Shown here: one piece after another, positions 17,596 to 27,563 of the stretch | Numbering within the stretch: position 1 is the first letter of the stretch | Layout of the letters: the number at the start of each line of letters is the position of its first letter | Origin: Oscillospiraceae bacterium | Lineage (GTDB): Bacteria; Bacillota; Clostridia; Oscillospirales; JAGBHD01 | Assembly: GCA_045592865.1 (NCBI GenBank) | Contig: JAZNVP010000022.1 | Coordinates: 1-44,504, forward strand | DNA: 44,504 nucleotides | Direction: 5' to 3' | Position numbers and translations under genes: made by a program | Notes under the pieces: model-generated | Databases searched by the model: none | Seen by the model: the letters and a program-made list of their open reading frames with translations, nothing else | What the model was told of the DNA's origin: nothing

Positions 17596-19461
17596 TTACT
17601 TCTTAACGATAGCACCGAAGCGGCAGGACGAAATACACATTCCGCACTTGATGCACTTTGTTTGATCTATAACGTAGGGCTCCTTGCCGACTACGCCGCT
17701 GATTGCATTAACGGGACACTTACGAGCACAGAGGCTACATTTCTTACACTTGTCTTCCTCGATAACGTATTGCATAAGATTTTTACAAACCTTAGCAGGA
17801 CATTTCTTGTCAACAATGTGAGCTATGTATTCGTCTCTGAAGTGAGCCATTGTGGAAAGAACAGGGTTAGCCGCAGTCTGACCGAGACCGCAGAGAGCGC
17901 CCTCTTTAATGGTCTTGCTGAGCTCTTCGAGTTCGTCAAGGTCTCTCATCTCTGCTTTACCGTCGGTGATCTTGGTTAAGATCTCAAGCATACGCTTTGT
18001 TCCGACACGGCAGGGTGTGCACTTACCGCAGGACTCGTCGCAGATAAATTCCATATAGAACTTAGCAACGTCAACCATACAGTTGTCTTCGTCCATAACG
18101 ATAGCACCGCCAGAGCCCATCATCGAGCCCATAGCAACGAGGTTGTCAAAGTCGATAACTGCATCGAGTTCGTCCTTTGTCAAGCAGCCACCACTGGGTC
18201 CGCCAGTCTGGATAGCCTTGAATTCTTTATTTCCGGGAATGCCGCCGCCGATATCGTAAACGAGTTCACGGAGGGTTGTTCCCATAGGAATCTCAACGAG
18301 ACCAACGTTGTTGATCTTACCGCCGAGTGCGAATACCTTTGTTCCCTTGGATTTCTCGGTTCCGTATTCAGCGAATTTTGCAGCGCCTTCACGGAGTATA
18401 TAAGGAACACAAGCGAGTGTTTCAACGTTGTTGATGATAGAAGGAGCGTCCCAAAGACCCTTAACTGCAGGGAAAGGAGGACGGGGACGGGGCATACCGC
18501 GTTTGCCTTCAATAGAGTTAAGAAGTGCTGTTTCCTCACCGCAAACGAATGCACCTGCACCGAGACGGATGTGAACGCGGAAGTTAAAGCCTGTTCCGAG
18601 AATGTTATCACCTAAGAGGCCTAACTCTTCTGCTTCTTTTATTGCAAGACGAAGTCTGTTAACTGCGATAGGATACTCTGCTCTGACGTAGAAGTAACCG
18701 TTCTGAGCGCCGATAGCGTATCCTGCGATAACCATACCCTCGATAACTGCAAGGGGGTTACCTTCAAGGATTGAACGGTCCATAAATGCTCCGGGGTCAC
18801 CCTCGTCGCCGTTACAAACTACGTATTTGTCGCCGTCAGGCTGAGCATAAGCGAACTGCCATTTGCGTCCGGTGGGGAATCCGCCGCCGCCGCGTCCGCG
18901 AAGACCTGCATCGAGAACCTCTTTGATAACGTCTGCTCTGTCCATCTTAAGAGCCTTTGCAAGACCCTGGAATGCACCGATACCGATAGCCTCGTCAATG
19001 CTTTCGGGGTTGATGTTTCCGCATCCGAAGAGAGCAACACGTCTCTGCTTTTTATAGAACTCGATATCGTCCTGCTTCTGAATTTTTTCGTTTGTTTTAG
19101 GATCAACGTAGAGAAGTCTTTCAACAACCTCGCCGCCGATGATATCCTTTTCAATGATCTCTTCAACGTCCTCTACCTGAACTAAACGGTAAAGAGTGTC
19201 CTCAGGGTAGATCTTAACAAAAGGACCCTGCGAACAGAAGCCGAAGCAACCAACGATGTTAACCGAAACTCTGTCGGTAAGGCCCTTAGCTGCGAGAACC
19301 TCTTCGATCTTTGCCTTTATTTCTTCAGAGTTGGAAGAAAGACATCCTGTTCCGCCGCAAAGAACCATAGCTCTTTTGTTTCCTGCGCCGGAGAATTTAT
19401 TTGCTATTGCGGAAGCACAGCTTTCATATTTAGCCTGAAACTCTTCATATGTTTTAATCAT
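17596..19461 (-). CDS. hydB: NuoF-like NADH/FMN-binding hydrogenase subunit
   Basis: GLRGRGGGGFPTG, NGDEGDPGAFMDR, GAFVCGEETAL, GGPSGG, ESCGKCTPCRVG, C-terminal 2x4Fe-4S. Confidence 0.93.
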   Translation of the reverse strand: MIKTYEEFQAKYESCASAIANKFSGAGNKRAMVLCGGTGCLSSNSEEIKAKIEEVLAAKGLTDRVSVNIVGCFGFCSQGPFVKIYPEDTLYRLVQVEDVEEIIEKDIIGGEVVERLLYVDPKTNEKIQKQDDIEFYKKQRRVALFGCGNINPESIDEAIGIGAFQGLAKALKMDRADVIKEVLDAGLRGRGGGGFPTGRKWQFAYAQPDGDKYVVCNGDEGDPGAFMDRSILEGNPLAVIEGMVIAGYAIGAQNGYFYVRAEYPIAVNRLRLAIKEAEELGLLGDNILGTGFNFRVHIRLGAGAFVCGEETALLNSIEGKRGMPRPRPPFPAVKGLWDAPSIINNVETLACVPYILREGAAKFAEYGTEKSKGTKVFALGGKINNVGLVEIPMGTTLRELVYDIGGGIPGNKEFKAIQTGGPSGGCLTKDELDAVIDFDNLVAMGSMMGSGGAIVMDEDNCMVDVAKFYMEFICDESCGKCTPCRVGTKRMLEILTKITDGKAEMRDLDELEELSKTIKEGALCGLGQTAANPVLSTMAHFRDEYIAHIVDKKCPAKVCKNLMQYVIEEDKCKKCSLCARKCPVNAISGVVGKEPYVIDQTKCIKCGMCISSCRFGAIVKK

Positions 19462-19949
19462 TAGTTAGCGCCTCCTTCTTTGCGGTATTCCTCAACGATT
19501 GCAGGGATATCCGAAACAGAAAGTTTAGGATAAACCTTTCCGTTAATTGTAACAGCGGGAGCAATTCCACACGCACCGATGCATCTTAATGCGTCGAGTG
19601 TGAAAAGTCCGTCCTCGGAAGTTTCTCCGGGAGCAATTCCTAAAAGCTCGGAGAACTTATCGATAACCTGCTGAGCGCCCTTAACGTAACAAGCGGTTCC
19701 TAAGCAGCAACCAATAACATATTTTCCCTTCGGCTTAAGAGAAAAGAATGAATAGAACGTAACAACACCGTAAATTTCAGCAACAGAAATTCCGGTCTTT
19801 TCCGATACGATTTCCTGAACCTCAAGAGGAATATAGCCGTATTCCCTTTGAATATCCGATAAAATCATCATCAGCGGTGTTTTTTCGTCGGCATAACGTG
19901 CACAGATCTCGTTGATCGTTGCAACTGCCGCTTCACTTAAATGTGCCAT
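19461..19949 (-). CDS. hydC: NuoE-like 2Fe-2S hydrogenase subunit
   Basis: YGVVTFYSFF, CLGTACYVKG, RCIGACGIAP; stop overlaps hydB start. Confidence 0.93.
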   Translation of the reverse strand: MAHLSEAAVATINEICARYADEKTPLMMILSDIQREYGYIPLEVQEIVSEKTGISVAEIYGVVTFYSFFSLKPKGKYVIGCCLGTACYVKGAQQVIDKFSELLGIAPGETSEDGLFTLDALRCIGACGIAPAVTINGKVYPKLSVSDIPAIVEEYRKEGGAN

Positions 19950-20002
19950 AATCGGTCCCCTTTTTAATAGATTTTTGTGGATCGCAACCTATGTCAATCC
20001 AT

Positions 20003-20039
20003 ACGTTATAATTTTAACAAATCGTTTCCCGATTGTCAA
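20003..20039 (-). promoter_or_regulatory. SigA promoter of hydCBA with possible overlapping Rex operator
   Basis: TTGACA (20039-20034), 17 bp, TGtTAAAAT; TTGTTAAaattATAACGT (20020-20003) partly matches TTGTTAANNNNTTAACAA. Confidence 0.65.
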
Positions 20040-20042
20040 TAC

Positions 20043-20085
20043 AAAAAAGGCACTATTGGTGAGTATTTTCCAACAGTGCCTTTTT
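20043..20085 (-). terminator. Terminator after thrC
   Basis: AAAAAGGCACT.TTGG...CCAA.AGTGCCTTTTT stem. Confidence 0.75.
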
Positions 20086-20108
20086 ATTTATGTTGTTATT
20101 TTCTTGTA

Positions 20109-21599
20109 TTACCAGTTCTTTTCGGAAATTTTTGAAAGAACGTAGTTCTCCATCTCGCTTTTTTCTATGCAGTCGGTGTGAAGAACCGCCTTTTTCGAAA
20201 GCCCTTTAAGACCCTGAGGAATAGGAACAGAGGTCTTTTCTTCGAGTTTTTCCATCGTTTCGAACTCGTCTTTTCCCTTAGAAAGCTCTATTCCGTCGGT
20301 AACGGCACCCGAGAACTTATAGGGAGAAGCGGTAGAAAGAACGACCGAGGGGGTCTTGTCTCCCGTTTCTGCAACGTAACGGTCGAGCGCTCCGAGAGCA
20401 ACTGCGGTGTGGGTGTCAGACAGATAGCCGTAATCCCTGTAGTATCTGCCGATAGTCTTAACGGTTTCCTCATCGTCCTGGCAGAAAGCCTCGAAGGTTT
20501 TCTTGATCTCTGAGAACACTTCTTCCGAAACGGTATACTTTCCGGTCTCAGAAAGATCTTTCATCAAAGAAGCAACGTATTCAGAGTTGCAGCCCGAAGC
20601 GAGATACAAAAGTCTTTCGAGGTTGCTTGAAATCAGAATATCCATCGAAGGCGAAACGGTTTTTAAAAAGGGACGGTTTTTATTGTATTCACCCTTCTCA
20701 AAAAAGTCGGTCAAAACGTTGTTTGCGTTAGAAGCAACGATAAGCTTATTCACAGGAAGTCCCATAAGAAGCGCAACGTATCCCGCAAGAACGTCTCCGA
20801 AGTTACCCGTGGGAACGCAGAAATTAACCTTGTCGCCTAATTTTATTTCTCCACTCTCCAGAAGGTCGGCATAGGATTTAAAGTAGTAAACCACCTGAGG
20901 CGCAAGACGCCCGATATTTATTGAGTTCGCGCTCGAAAGACGAACTCCGTATTTTTCGGAAAGCTCTTCGTTACTAAGATCTCCGAAAATTTTCTTAACG
21001 CCCGACTGAGCATCGTCGAAGTTTCCCTTTATTGCGCAAACACAAACGTTGGAGCCTTCCTGGGTCACCATCTGCGCCTTCTGGACCGCACTTACTCCTC
21101 CGTCGGGATAGAAAACGATTATCTTAGTGCCCTTAACGTCCTTAAATCCTTCGAGGGCCGCCTTTCCCGTATCTCCGCTGGTAGCGGTGAGGATAACGAT
21201 ATCGTCCTCCGTGCCGTTCTTGCGAACCGCGAAGGTAAGAAGCTGAGGGAGCATCGAAAGAGCAACGTCCTTAAAGGCGCTGGTTGGTCCTCTGAAAAGT
21301 TCGAGAACGTATTTATCTCCGACCTTAACGGTGGGTGTTATATCGTCGGTCTCAAATTTATCGGTGTATGCAAGGCGAACCATCTCTTCCATTTCTGTCT
21401 CGGTATAGTCGGGAAGCAGTTTTGAAAGAATTTCTCTTGCCATTCCGAAGTAGTCCATCCTAAGAACCTTTTCGAGATCCACCCCGATTTCTTCAGAAGA
21501 ACTGAACATATAAAGACCGCCGTCGTCAGCAATTCCCTTGATAACGGCCATGGTCGGTGTTATTTGTGTCTTATTGTTTCTGGTGCTCTGGTAAAACAT
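20109..21599 (-). CDS. thrC: Threonine synthase
   Basis: YQSTRN, LELFRGPTSAFKD (PLP Lys), TATSGDTG, SANSINIGRL, VPTGNFG, TASPYKF. Confidence 0.96.
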   Translation of the reverse strand: MFYQSTRNNKTQITPTMAVIKGIADDGGLYMFSSSEEIGVDLEKVLRMDYFGMAREILSKLLPDYTETEMEEMVRLAYTDKFETDDITPTVKVGDKYVLELFRGPTSAFKDVALSMLPQLLTFAVRKNGTEDDIVILTATSGDTGKAALEGFKDVKGTKIIVFYPDGGVSAVQKAQMVTQEGSNVCVCAIKGNFDDAQSGVKKIFGDLSNEELSEKYGVRLSSANSINIGRLAPQVVYYFKSYADLLESGEIKLGDKVNFCVPTGNFGDVLAGYVALLMGLPVNKLIVASNANNVLTDFFEKGEYNKNRPFLKTVSPSMDILISSNLERLLYLASGCNSEYVASLMKDLSETGKYTVSEEVFSEIKKTFEAFCQDDEETVKTIGRYYRDYGYLSDTHTAVALGALDRYVAETGDKTPSVVLSTASPYKFSGAVTDGIELSKGKDEFETMEKLEEKTSVPIPQGLKGLSKKAVLHTDCIEKSEMENYVLSKISEKNW

Positions 21600-21621
21600 T
21601 TGATTTCTCCTAATAATTATA

Positions 21622-21669
21622 TTGATTTTTACACTTTACTATGATATAATACCTAAGTTAAAAAATCAA
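21622..21669. promoter_or_regulatory. Overlapping divergent SigA promoters for hom and thrC
   Basis: Plus: TTGATT(21622)-17-TATAAT(21645); minus: TTGATT(21669)-17-TATCAT(21646-21641). Confidence 0.6.
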
Positions 21670-21699
21670 GACTTTTTTAAAAAGGGGGACGGTTTAGAA

Positions 21700-22836
21700 A
21701 TGAACATAGCACTTCTCGGTTTCGGAACCGTAGGCTTTGGGGTTTACGAAATAGCAGAAAAGGTTGACGGACTTAACATAACCTATGTTCTCGATCTTAA
21801 AAAACATGAGGGAATAAGCGCCAAAAGCGTTACTGATATAACCCCGATTTTAGAAGACGGCACGGTTGACACGGTCGTTGAGCTTATCGGCGGACTTCAT
21901 CCTGCATACGAATTTGTTAAAAAGTCACTTCTGGCAGGAAAAAACGTTGTTACCGCGAATAAGTTTTTAATATGTGAATATTACGAGGAACTGAACCGCT
22001 TGGCAAGAGAAAAGGGCGTTTCTTTAAGATATACCGCATCGGTCGGCGGCGGAATTCCTTGGCTTGTGAACCTTGAGAGAATAAAGAGAATTTCTCCTAT
22101 TAAGAGCATAACGGGAATATTCAACGGCACCACCAACTTCATTCTCGACGGCATGCATAAAAACGGAGCCGATTTTGACGATATGCTCAAAGAGGCGCAG
22201 AGACTCGGTTATGCCGAGGCAGACCCCAGCGCCGATATCGACGCGCTCGACACCGTCAGAAAGATCATAATTTCCGCAAACATCGCCTTTGACCGAGTTT
22301 TTGAGAACTCTACCGCCGACGTTTTCGGAATAAGAAACATAACCTTTAAGGATATCGAGTCGGCAGAAAAGGAAGGTATGGTTTGCCGCCTTTTAGCCTC
22401 GGCTATAAAGTCAGACGACGGCTTCTCGGTTTTCGCCGAACCCACCTTCATTTCGAAGGACTCTCCCTTCGCTAGCGTAGAAGACAGTTTCAATCGAATA
22501 TCGGTTGACTCTGAACTTGAGGGCGAGGCCGCTTTCTTTGGATACGGTGCAGGAAGATATCCCACCGCTTATGCCGTTACAAACGACCTTGTTGATATTG
22601 AAAACGGCTCCGTCGGGGAATACGGAAGGACCGACAGAACCGACAAGGCAGACAACTCGCTCACAACGAGCCGTTATTACGTCAGAACCACCGACGAAAA
22701 ACTTCTCGGTGATATAATAGACCGAACCTTCGGGAACGGGTGTGTTACGAAAGAAATTTCGGTGGGGGAGATGCACAGTCTCGCAAAGAAGCTTTTGGAA
22801 AAGGACGGCGGATTTTTCTTCGCCGCAGTTAGATAG
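21700..22836 (+). CDS. hom: Homoserine dehydrogenase
   Basis: LLGFGTVG, VVTANK, ASVGGGIP, GIFNGTTNFIL, LGYAEADPSAD; GGGGGA RBS before ATG 21700. Confidence 0.94.
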   Translation: MNIALLGFGTVGFGVYEIAEKVDGLNITYVLDLKKHEGISAKSVTDITPILEDGTVDTVVELIGGLHPAYEFVKKSLLAGKNVVTANKFLICEYYEELNRLAREKGVSLRYTASVGGGIPWLVNLERIKRISPIKSITGIFNGTTNFILDGMHKNGADFDDMLKEAQRLGYAEADPSADIDALDTVRKIIISANIAFDRVFENSTADVFGIRNITFKDIESAEKEGMVCRLLASAIKSDDGFSVFAEPTFISKDSPFASVEDSFNRISVDSELEGEAAFFGYGAGRYPTAYAVTNDLVDIENGSVGEYGRTDRTDKADNSLTTSRYYVRTTDEKLLGDIIDRTFGNGCVTKEISVGEMHSLAKKLLEKDGGFFFAAVR

Positions 22837-22848
22837 AGGTGTTAAACT

Positions 22849-24165
22849 ATGTTAAAGGTTTTAAAATTCGGCGGATCCTCTCTTGCCGATGCAGGTCAGT
22901 ATAAAAAGGTTAAAGAGATCGTCGAGGCAGACGAGGCAAGAAAGGTAGTTGTTGTTTCGGCGGCAGGAAAAAGATGCAGTTCGGACCACAAAATAACCGA
23001 TCTTCTTTACCTTTCTCACGCCCATCTTAAATACGGCGTTGAGGCAGGCAGTATTTTCGATTTAGTTGAAGAACGTTATCTCGAAATAAAAAGAGATCTC
23101 GGGCTCAAGGTTAATATCGAAGAAAACATCGCCGCTATAAAGGCGGAGATGGACAAGGATATGAGTCAGGACTATCTTGTTTCCCGCGGCGAATATCTTT
23201 CGGCTATCTTAATGGCAGACTACTTAGGTTTCCGCTTCGTTGACGCTTCGGAATGGGTAACCTTCGGTTATAACGGTGAGATAGACTATGAGGTTTCCTA
23301 TGATAAACTCAGAAACATCTCCTATGCAGGCGGAATTGTTATCCCCGGCTTCTACGGTGTTCTCCCCAACGGAGAGATCAAATGTATGACCCGCGGCGGC
23401 TCTGACATCACGGGCGCTCTCGCGGCGGCGGCTTTCGGCGCGGACGTTTACGAGAACTGGACCGACGTTCCCGGTGTTTTAATGGCAGACCCGAGAATTG
23501 TTAAAGACCCGCTTCCCATAAAAAGCCTTACCTATGAAGAGCTCAGAGAACTTTCCTATATGGGTGCGCAGGTTCTCCACGAGGCAACCGTTTATCCCGT
23601 TATGGATTCTGATATTCCTCTTAATATCAAAGATACCAACAACCCCGAGCTTCCCGGAACCATGATCCTTAAGGAATGCGACGCTTCCGACGAAACCGAT
23701 AGTTTCATAACAGGCATCGCAGGTAAAAAAGATTTCTCCATCATAAGCATCGCAAAGAGCGGTCTTTCCTCTTCAGTTGGAACCTTCAGGCAGATCGCAG
23801 AGATATTTGAAAACAATAAGGTTAATATCGAATATACCCCATCGGGCATCGACACCTTATCGATAGTTGTTTCCTCAAAGGCTTCCTCAAAGAGAATTTT
23901 CAGAATTATCGGCGAGATCGAAGAGAAGCTCAAACCCGAAACAATTAACATAACCGAAAATATTGCTATCGTTGCCGTTGTTGGCAGAAAGATGGCGTTC
24001 AACCCCGGCTCTTCGGGTAAACTGTTCGCTGCTCTCGGTCAGAACGGAATTAACATAAGAATGATTTCTCAGGGCCCCGACGAAAGAAACATCATAGTCG
24101 GAACCGATAACAAGGACTATGAGAAAACCATTCAGATCGTTTACGAAAACTTTATCAGAAAATAA
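22849..24165 (+). CDS. Aspartate kinase with ACT domains
   Basis: KFGGSSLAD, SRGEYL, RGGSDITG, WTDVPG, ADPRIV. Confidence 0.95.
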   Translation: MLKVLKFGGSSLADAGQYKKVKEIVEADEARKVVVVSAAGKRCSSDHKITDLLYLSHAHLKYGVEAGSIFDLVEERYLEIKRDLGLKVNIEENIAAIKAEMDKDMSQDYLVSRGEYLSAILMADYLGFRFVDASEWVTFGYNGEIDYEVSYDKLRNISYAGGIVIPGFYGVLPNGEIKCMTRGGSDITGALAAAAFGADVYENWTDVPGVLMADPRIVKDPLPIKSLTYEELRELSYMGAQVLHEATVYPVMDSDIPLNIKDTNNPELPGTMILKECDASDETDSFITGIAGKKDFSIISIAKSGLSSSVGTFRQIAEIFENNKVNIEYTPSGIDTLSIVVSSKASSKRIFRIIGEIEEKLKPETINITENIAIVAVVGRKMAFNPGSSGKLFAALGQNGINIRMISQGPDERNIIVGTDNKDYEKTIQIVYENFIRK

Positions 24166-24179
24166 GAAAGGTGAAAAAG

Positions 24180-25181
24180 ATGAAAAAATATAATGTTGCA
24201 ATACTCGGCGCAACGGGCGCAGTTGGCAGAGAAATGCTTAAAATTTTAGAAGAGAGAAACTTCCCCGTTGGAGAACTCGTGCTTTTAGCTTCCAAGAGAA
24301 GCGTTGGCAAGGAGATCGAATTTATGGGAAAAACCTACTTTGTTAAGGAAGCAACTACCGATGCTTTCGAGGGAATGGATATCGTTCTCGGTGCCGCAAG
24401 TAATGCTCTTGCAAAGGAAATGGCTCCCCACATCGTTAAAGCAGGTGCGGTTTTCGTAGATAACTCTTCGGCTTTCAGAATGTGCGACGACGTCCCCCTG
24501 GTCGTTCCCGAGATAAACCCCGAGGACGCGCTCAAAAATAACGGAATTATCTCCAACCCCAACTGCTCAACAATTATAACCTTAGTTGCTATCAACGCTC
24601 TTAACAAGGCTTCCAAGATCAAAACCGTTGTTGCTTCCACCTATCAGGCAACAAGCGGCGCAGGTGCAGGCGGCCCCGTTGAGCTTATGGCAGAGGTTGA
24701 GGCAGACCTGAAGGGCGAAAACTACGAGCCCACGGTTTTTGCTCACAAGATCGCTTATAACGTTATTCCTAAGATAGGAAGCGAAACCGAAAACGGATAT
24801 ACCACCGAGGAAATGAAGCTTCAGAACGAAGGCAGAAAGATAATGCACCTTCCCGATTTAAAGGTTAGCTGCACCTGCGTTCGCGTTCCCGTTGTTCGTT
24901 CCCACTCTATTATGGCAACCGTTGTAACAGAGGATAAGATCTCGGTTGAAAAGGCAAGAGAACTTATTTCTAATGCCCCCGGCTGCCGTCTTTACGATAA
25001 CCTTTCCAAAGAGGAGTATCCGATGCCTTTAGTTACAAGCGATCAGGATATTGTTTACGTTGGAAGAATTAGAGAAGACCTCACTAACGAAAAGGGTCTT
25101 AACATCTGGTGCTGTGGTGATCAGGTTAGAAAAGGCGCCGCTACCAACGCAGTTCAGATAGCTGAACTTCTTATAAAATAA
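24180..25181 (+). CDS. asd: Aspartate-semialdehyde dehydrogenase
   Basis: GATGAVG, DNSSAFR, NPNCSTI, STYQATSGAG, CVRVPVVRSH, DQVRKGAA. Confidence 0.96.
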   Translation: MKKYNVAILGATGAVGREMLKILEERNFPVGELVLLASKRSVGKEIEFMGKTYFVKEATTDAFEGMDIVLGAASNALAKEMAPHIVKAGAVFVDNSSAFRMCDDVPLVVPEINPEDALKNNGIISNPNCSTIITLVAINALNKASKIKTVVASTYQATSGAGAGGPVELMAEVEADLKGENYEPTVFAHKIAYNVIPKIGSETENGYTTEEMKLQNEGRKIMHLPDLKVSCTCVRVPVVRSHSIMATVVTEDKISVEKARELISNAPGCRLYDNLSKEEYPMPLVTSDQDIVYVGRIREDLTNEKGLNIWCCGDQVRKGAATNAVQIAELLIK

Positions 25182-25201
25182 AACTAAAAGCCAACAGAAA
25201 A

Positions 25202-25311
25202 TGAACTGCCCCAATTTGTGCGGACAGTTCAAAAACGCCCCCTATGGTAGTTTCTTTCATTCTACCATAGGGGCTCTTTTTTCTATTGTCCGTTTTTACT
25301 GGACTGGTGAA
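25202..25311. mobile_element. Possible miniature/deleted IS3-family element (two terminal IR-like ends around a terminator)
   Basis: Left end TGAACTGCCCCAATTTGTGCGGACA; right end TGTCCGTTTTTACTGGACTGGTGAA; no ORF. Confidence 0.5.
25239..25282. terminator. Terminator between convergent asd and GH78 gene
   Basis: CCCCTATGGTAG/CTACCATAGGGG 12-bp perfect stem followed by T tract. Confidence 0.8.
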
Positions 25312-25330
25312 ATTCACCTCGCTTTTTGTT

Positions 25331-27481
25331 TTAGAACAAATACCTTCCCTTTTCGAGTGAGTAGGTCTTCCCGCCGATAACTGCTTTTGCAGGTGTGGGA
25401 GTGATTATCTCATATCTGATCTCTTCCCCATCGTGCCACCAACGAGAAGACGCCTTTCCGAAACGGGTCTCAATAGAAGCACCGAAACTGTCAAGTCGGT
25501 CGGTCGGAGTGGGCTTAAAGAGTATTCTCTCAAAACCGGGAGCCTCTTCCACCGTGTTGATTCCTGCCGCCACAGAATACATCCAGTCTGCAACCGCGCC
25601 GTAGGCATAGTGGTTGTAGGAGTTCATTACATCAGGCCAGATTCTGCCGTCGGGCATTATGCCATCCCAATGCTCCCACATAGTCGTTGCGCCCTTGGTA
25701 ACCGAATAGAGCCAAGAGGGATATTCGGTTCTGAGAAGAAGCTTATAGGCTTCGTCTTCATATCCGTTTTCCGAAAGAACGTGGAGAAGATAGGGTGTTC
25801 CGACAAAACCTGTCTGAAGTTTGCCGCCGTCCTCTTCTATCTTCTTAACCAGCGACGAAGCCACCTTTTCAGGCTCATCGGTCAAACCAAAATAAAGGGT
25901 TACAACGTGCTCAGTCTGGGTAAAGAATTTATCTCCCCAGGTTTTTTTATATTTCTTAACAATGTTTTTATAACGTTCTTCATATTTCGCAATATCTTCA
26001 CCGAGAACCGCTCCCGCCTTGCAAACAAGGAGAGTCGAATATGCATAGTAGGCAGAAGCCACAATGTCGTCACGGGTGAGTCCTTTGCTCTCTCCGTAAG
26101 GCGCGTTGAGTTCCACCCAATCGCCATACTGCCATCTGCCCGTCCATAAAAACTCATCGGCGGTATCGTTTGTGATAAAATCAACCCACTTTTTCATCGC
26201 GGGGAACATCTCTTTGAGGGTCTCTTTGTCGCCATAGGTAAGATACATCTGCCATGGCGCTATCGTTATAACGTCTCCCCATGCAGCGCCGCATTCTCCT
26301 TTGTGACCAACCGGAACAACGGGCGGCACCTCGCCCGACTCATACTGCTCAGATGCAACGTCTCTAAGCCACTTTTTAAAGAAGTTGTTAACGTTATAGT
26401 TGAAACTTGCTGCGCGGACAAAAATCTGCGCGTCGCCCGTCCAACCAAGCCTTTCGTCTCTTTGAGGGCAATCGGTAGGAATATCTAAGTAATTACATTT
26501 CTGTCCCCAGAAAATATTCTTAATAAGCCTGTTGAGAAGCGGCGAAGAGGTCTCGATCTCGCCCGTTTTTTCTATGTTGCTGTGAAGCACTATCGCCCTT
26601 ATACTGTCAAGCGTGAGGTCTGCGGGGAACTCGTCAACACGAATGTATCTGAAGCCGTAGAATGTAAGGGTTGGGTGCCAACTTTGCTCCCCCTCTTTGC
26701 ATATATAATCATATTTGCAAAGGGCTGTGCGGTAGTTTCCGTTATAGAAGTTTCCGTCCTTATCGAGAATTTCGGCAAAGGAAAGAGAAACCTTATCTCC
26801 CTTTTTAGCAGAGAGGGAAATTTCGGGAACACCCGTTAAATTCTGCCCAAAATCAATAACCGTCTCACCCTTGGGTGTTTTAATAATTTTTGCCGCCATA
26901 ACCGTTTCCTGACGAATGGTGAAAACTCCCTCGTGCGCTATAAGCATACTCTTATCCTGATTATCGCAAAGAACCGCCTTTCCTAAGACAGTTTCTTCTG
27001 CATTCGCATCATATTCTATTCCATCATAAATATCGCAGAAACGAACGGGACTTTCGGTAACGTCCCAAGCTTCGTCGGTTACGATCTCTTCTCTTTCGCC
27101 ATTCTTATATTCTATTTTAAGACTCGCAATAATTCCAACTTCTCGAGTATGAACAACAGGGTTAACTGCAACGAAAGCGTTCGCTCCCGCTCCCGAAATT
27201 CTTCCGAGATACCAGCCTTTCGTCAGTTGAACACAAAGGGTGTTTTCCTTTGAAATCATATCAGTAACGTCGGTTTCCTTTACCTGCAAACGCTTTTCAT
27301 AATCCGTCCAACCGGGAGCCATGTATTCCTCTCCGACCTTTTCTCCGTTTATGTAAGCCTCATAAACGCCTCTTGCCGTAACCGACAAAACGGCACTTTT
27401 AATTTCTCCTTTGAGAGAAAATCCCTTTTTAAATAAAGGAGTGCTGTTATCATTTGCCTTTATCCATTTTGCATTTATCAT
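25331..27481 (-). CDS. Alpha-L-rhamnosidase-like glycoside hydrolase family 78
   Basis: PGWTDY, IDFGQNLTG, TFYGFRY, PTDCPQRDERLGWTGD, GATTMWEHWD, NSYNHYAYG; GAGGTG RBS before ATG 27481. Confidence 0.92.
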   Translation of the reverse strand: MINAKWIKANDNSTPLFKKGFSLKGEIKSAVLSVTARGVYEAYINGEKVGEEYMAPGWTDYEKRLQVKETDVTDMISKENTLCVQLTKGWYLGRISGAGANAFVAVNPVVHTREVGIIASLKIEYKNGEREEIVTDEAWDVTESPVRFCDIYDGIEYDANAEETVLGKAVLCDNQDKSMLIAHEGVFTIRQETVMAAKIIKTPKGETVIDFGQNLTGVPEISLSAKKGDKVSLSFAEILDKDGNFYNGNYRTALCKYDYICKEGEQSWHPTLTFYGFRYIRVDEFPADLTLDSIRAIVLHSNIEKTGEIETSSPLLNRLIKNIFWGQKCNYLDIPTDCPQRDERLGWTGDAQIFVRAASFNYNVNNFFKKWLRDVASEQYESGEVPPVVPVGHKGECGAAWGDVITIAPWQMYLTYGDKETLKEMFPAMKKWVDFITNDTADEFLWTGRWQYGDWVELNAPYGESKGLTRDDIVASAYYAYSTLLVCKAGAVLGEDIAKYEERYKNIVKKYKKTWGDKFFTQTEHVVTLYFGLTDEPEKVASSLVKKIEEDGGKLQTGFVGTPYLLHVLSENGYEDEAYKLLLRTEYPSWLYSVTKGATTMWEHWDGIMPDGRIWPDVMNSYNHYAYGAVADWMYSVAAGINTVEEAPGFERILFKPTPTDRLDSFGASIETRFGKASSRWWHDGEEIRYEIITPTPAKAVIGGKTYSLEKGRYLF

Positions 27482-27563
27482 AAAATCACCTCTTGACTTC
27501 ATTGTAGCAAAGGAATTATAATAAAACTATACCCCATTTTCATTATAACAGGGCGTGATTTTA

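Noticed and set aside
17596-19949. Respiratory complex I nuoE/nuoF
   Set aside because: Adjacent H-cluster subunit and no membrane nuo genes indicate HydBC
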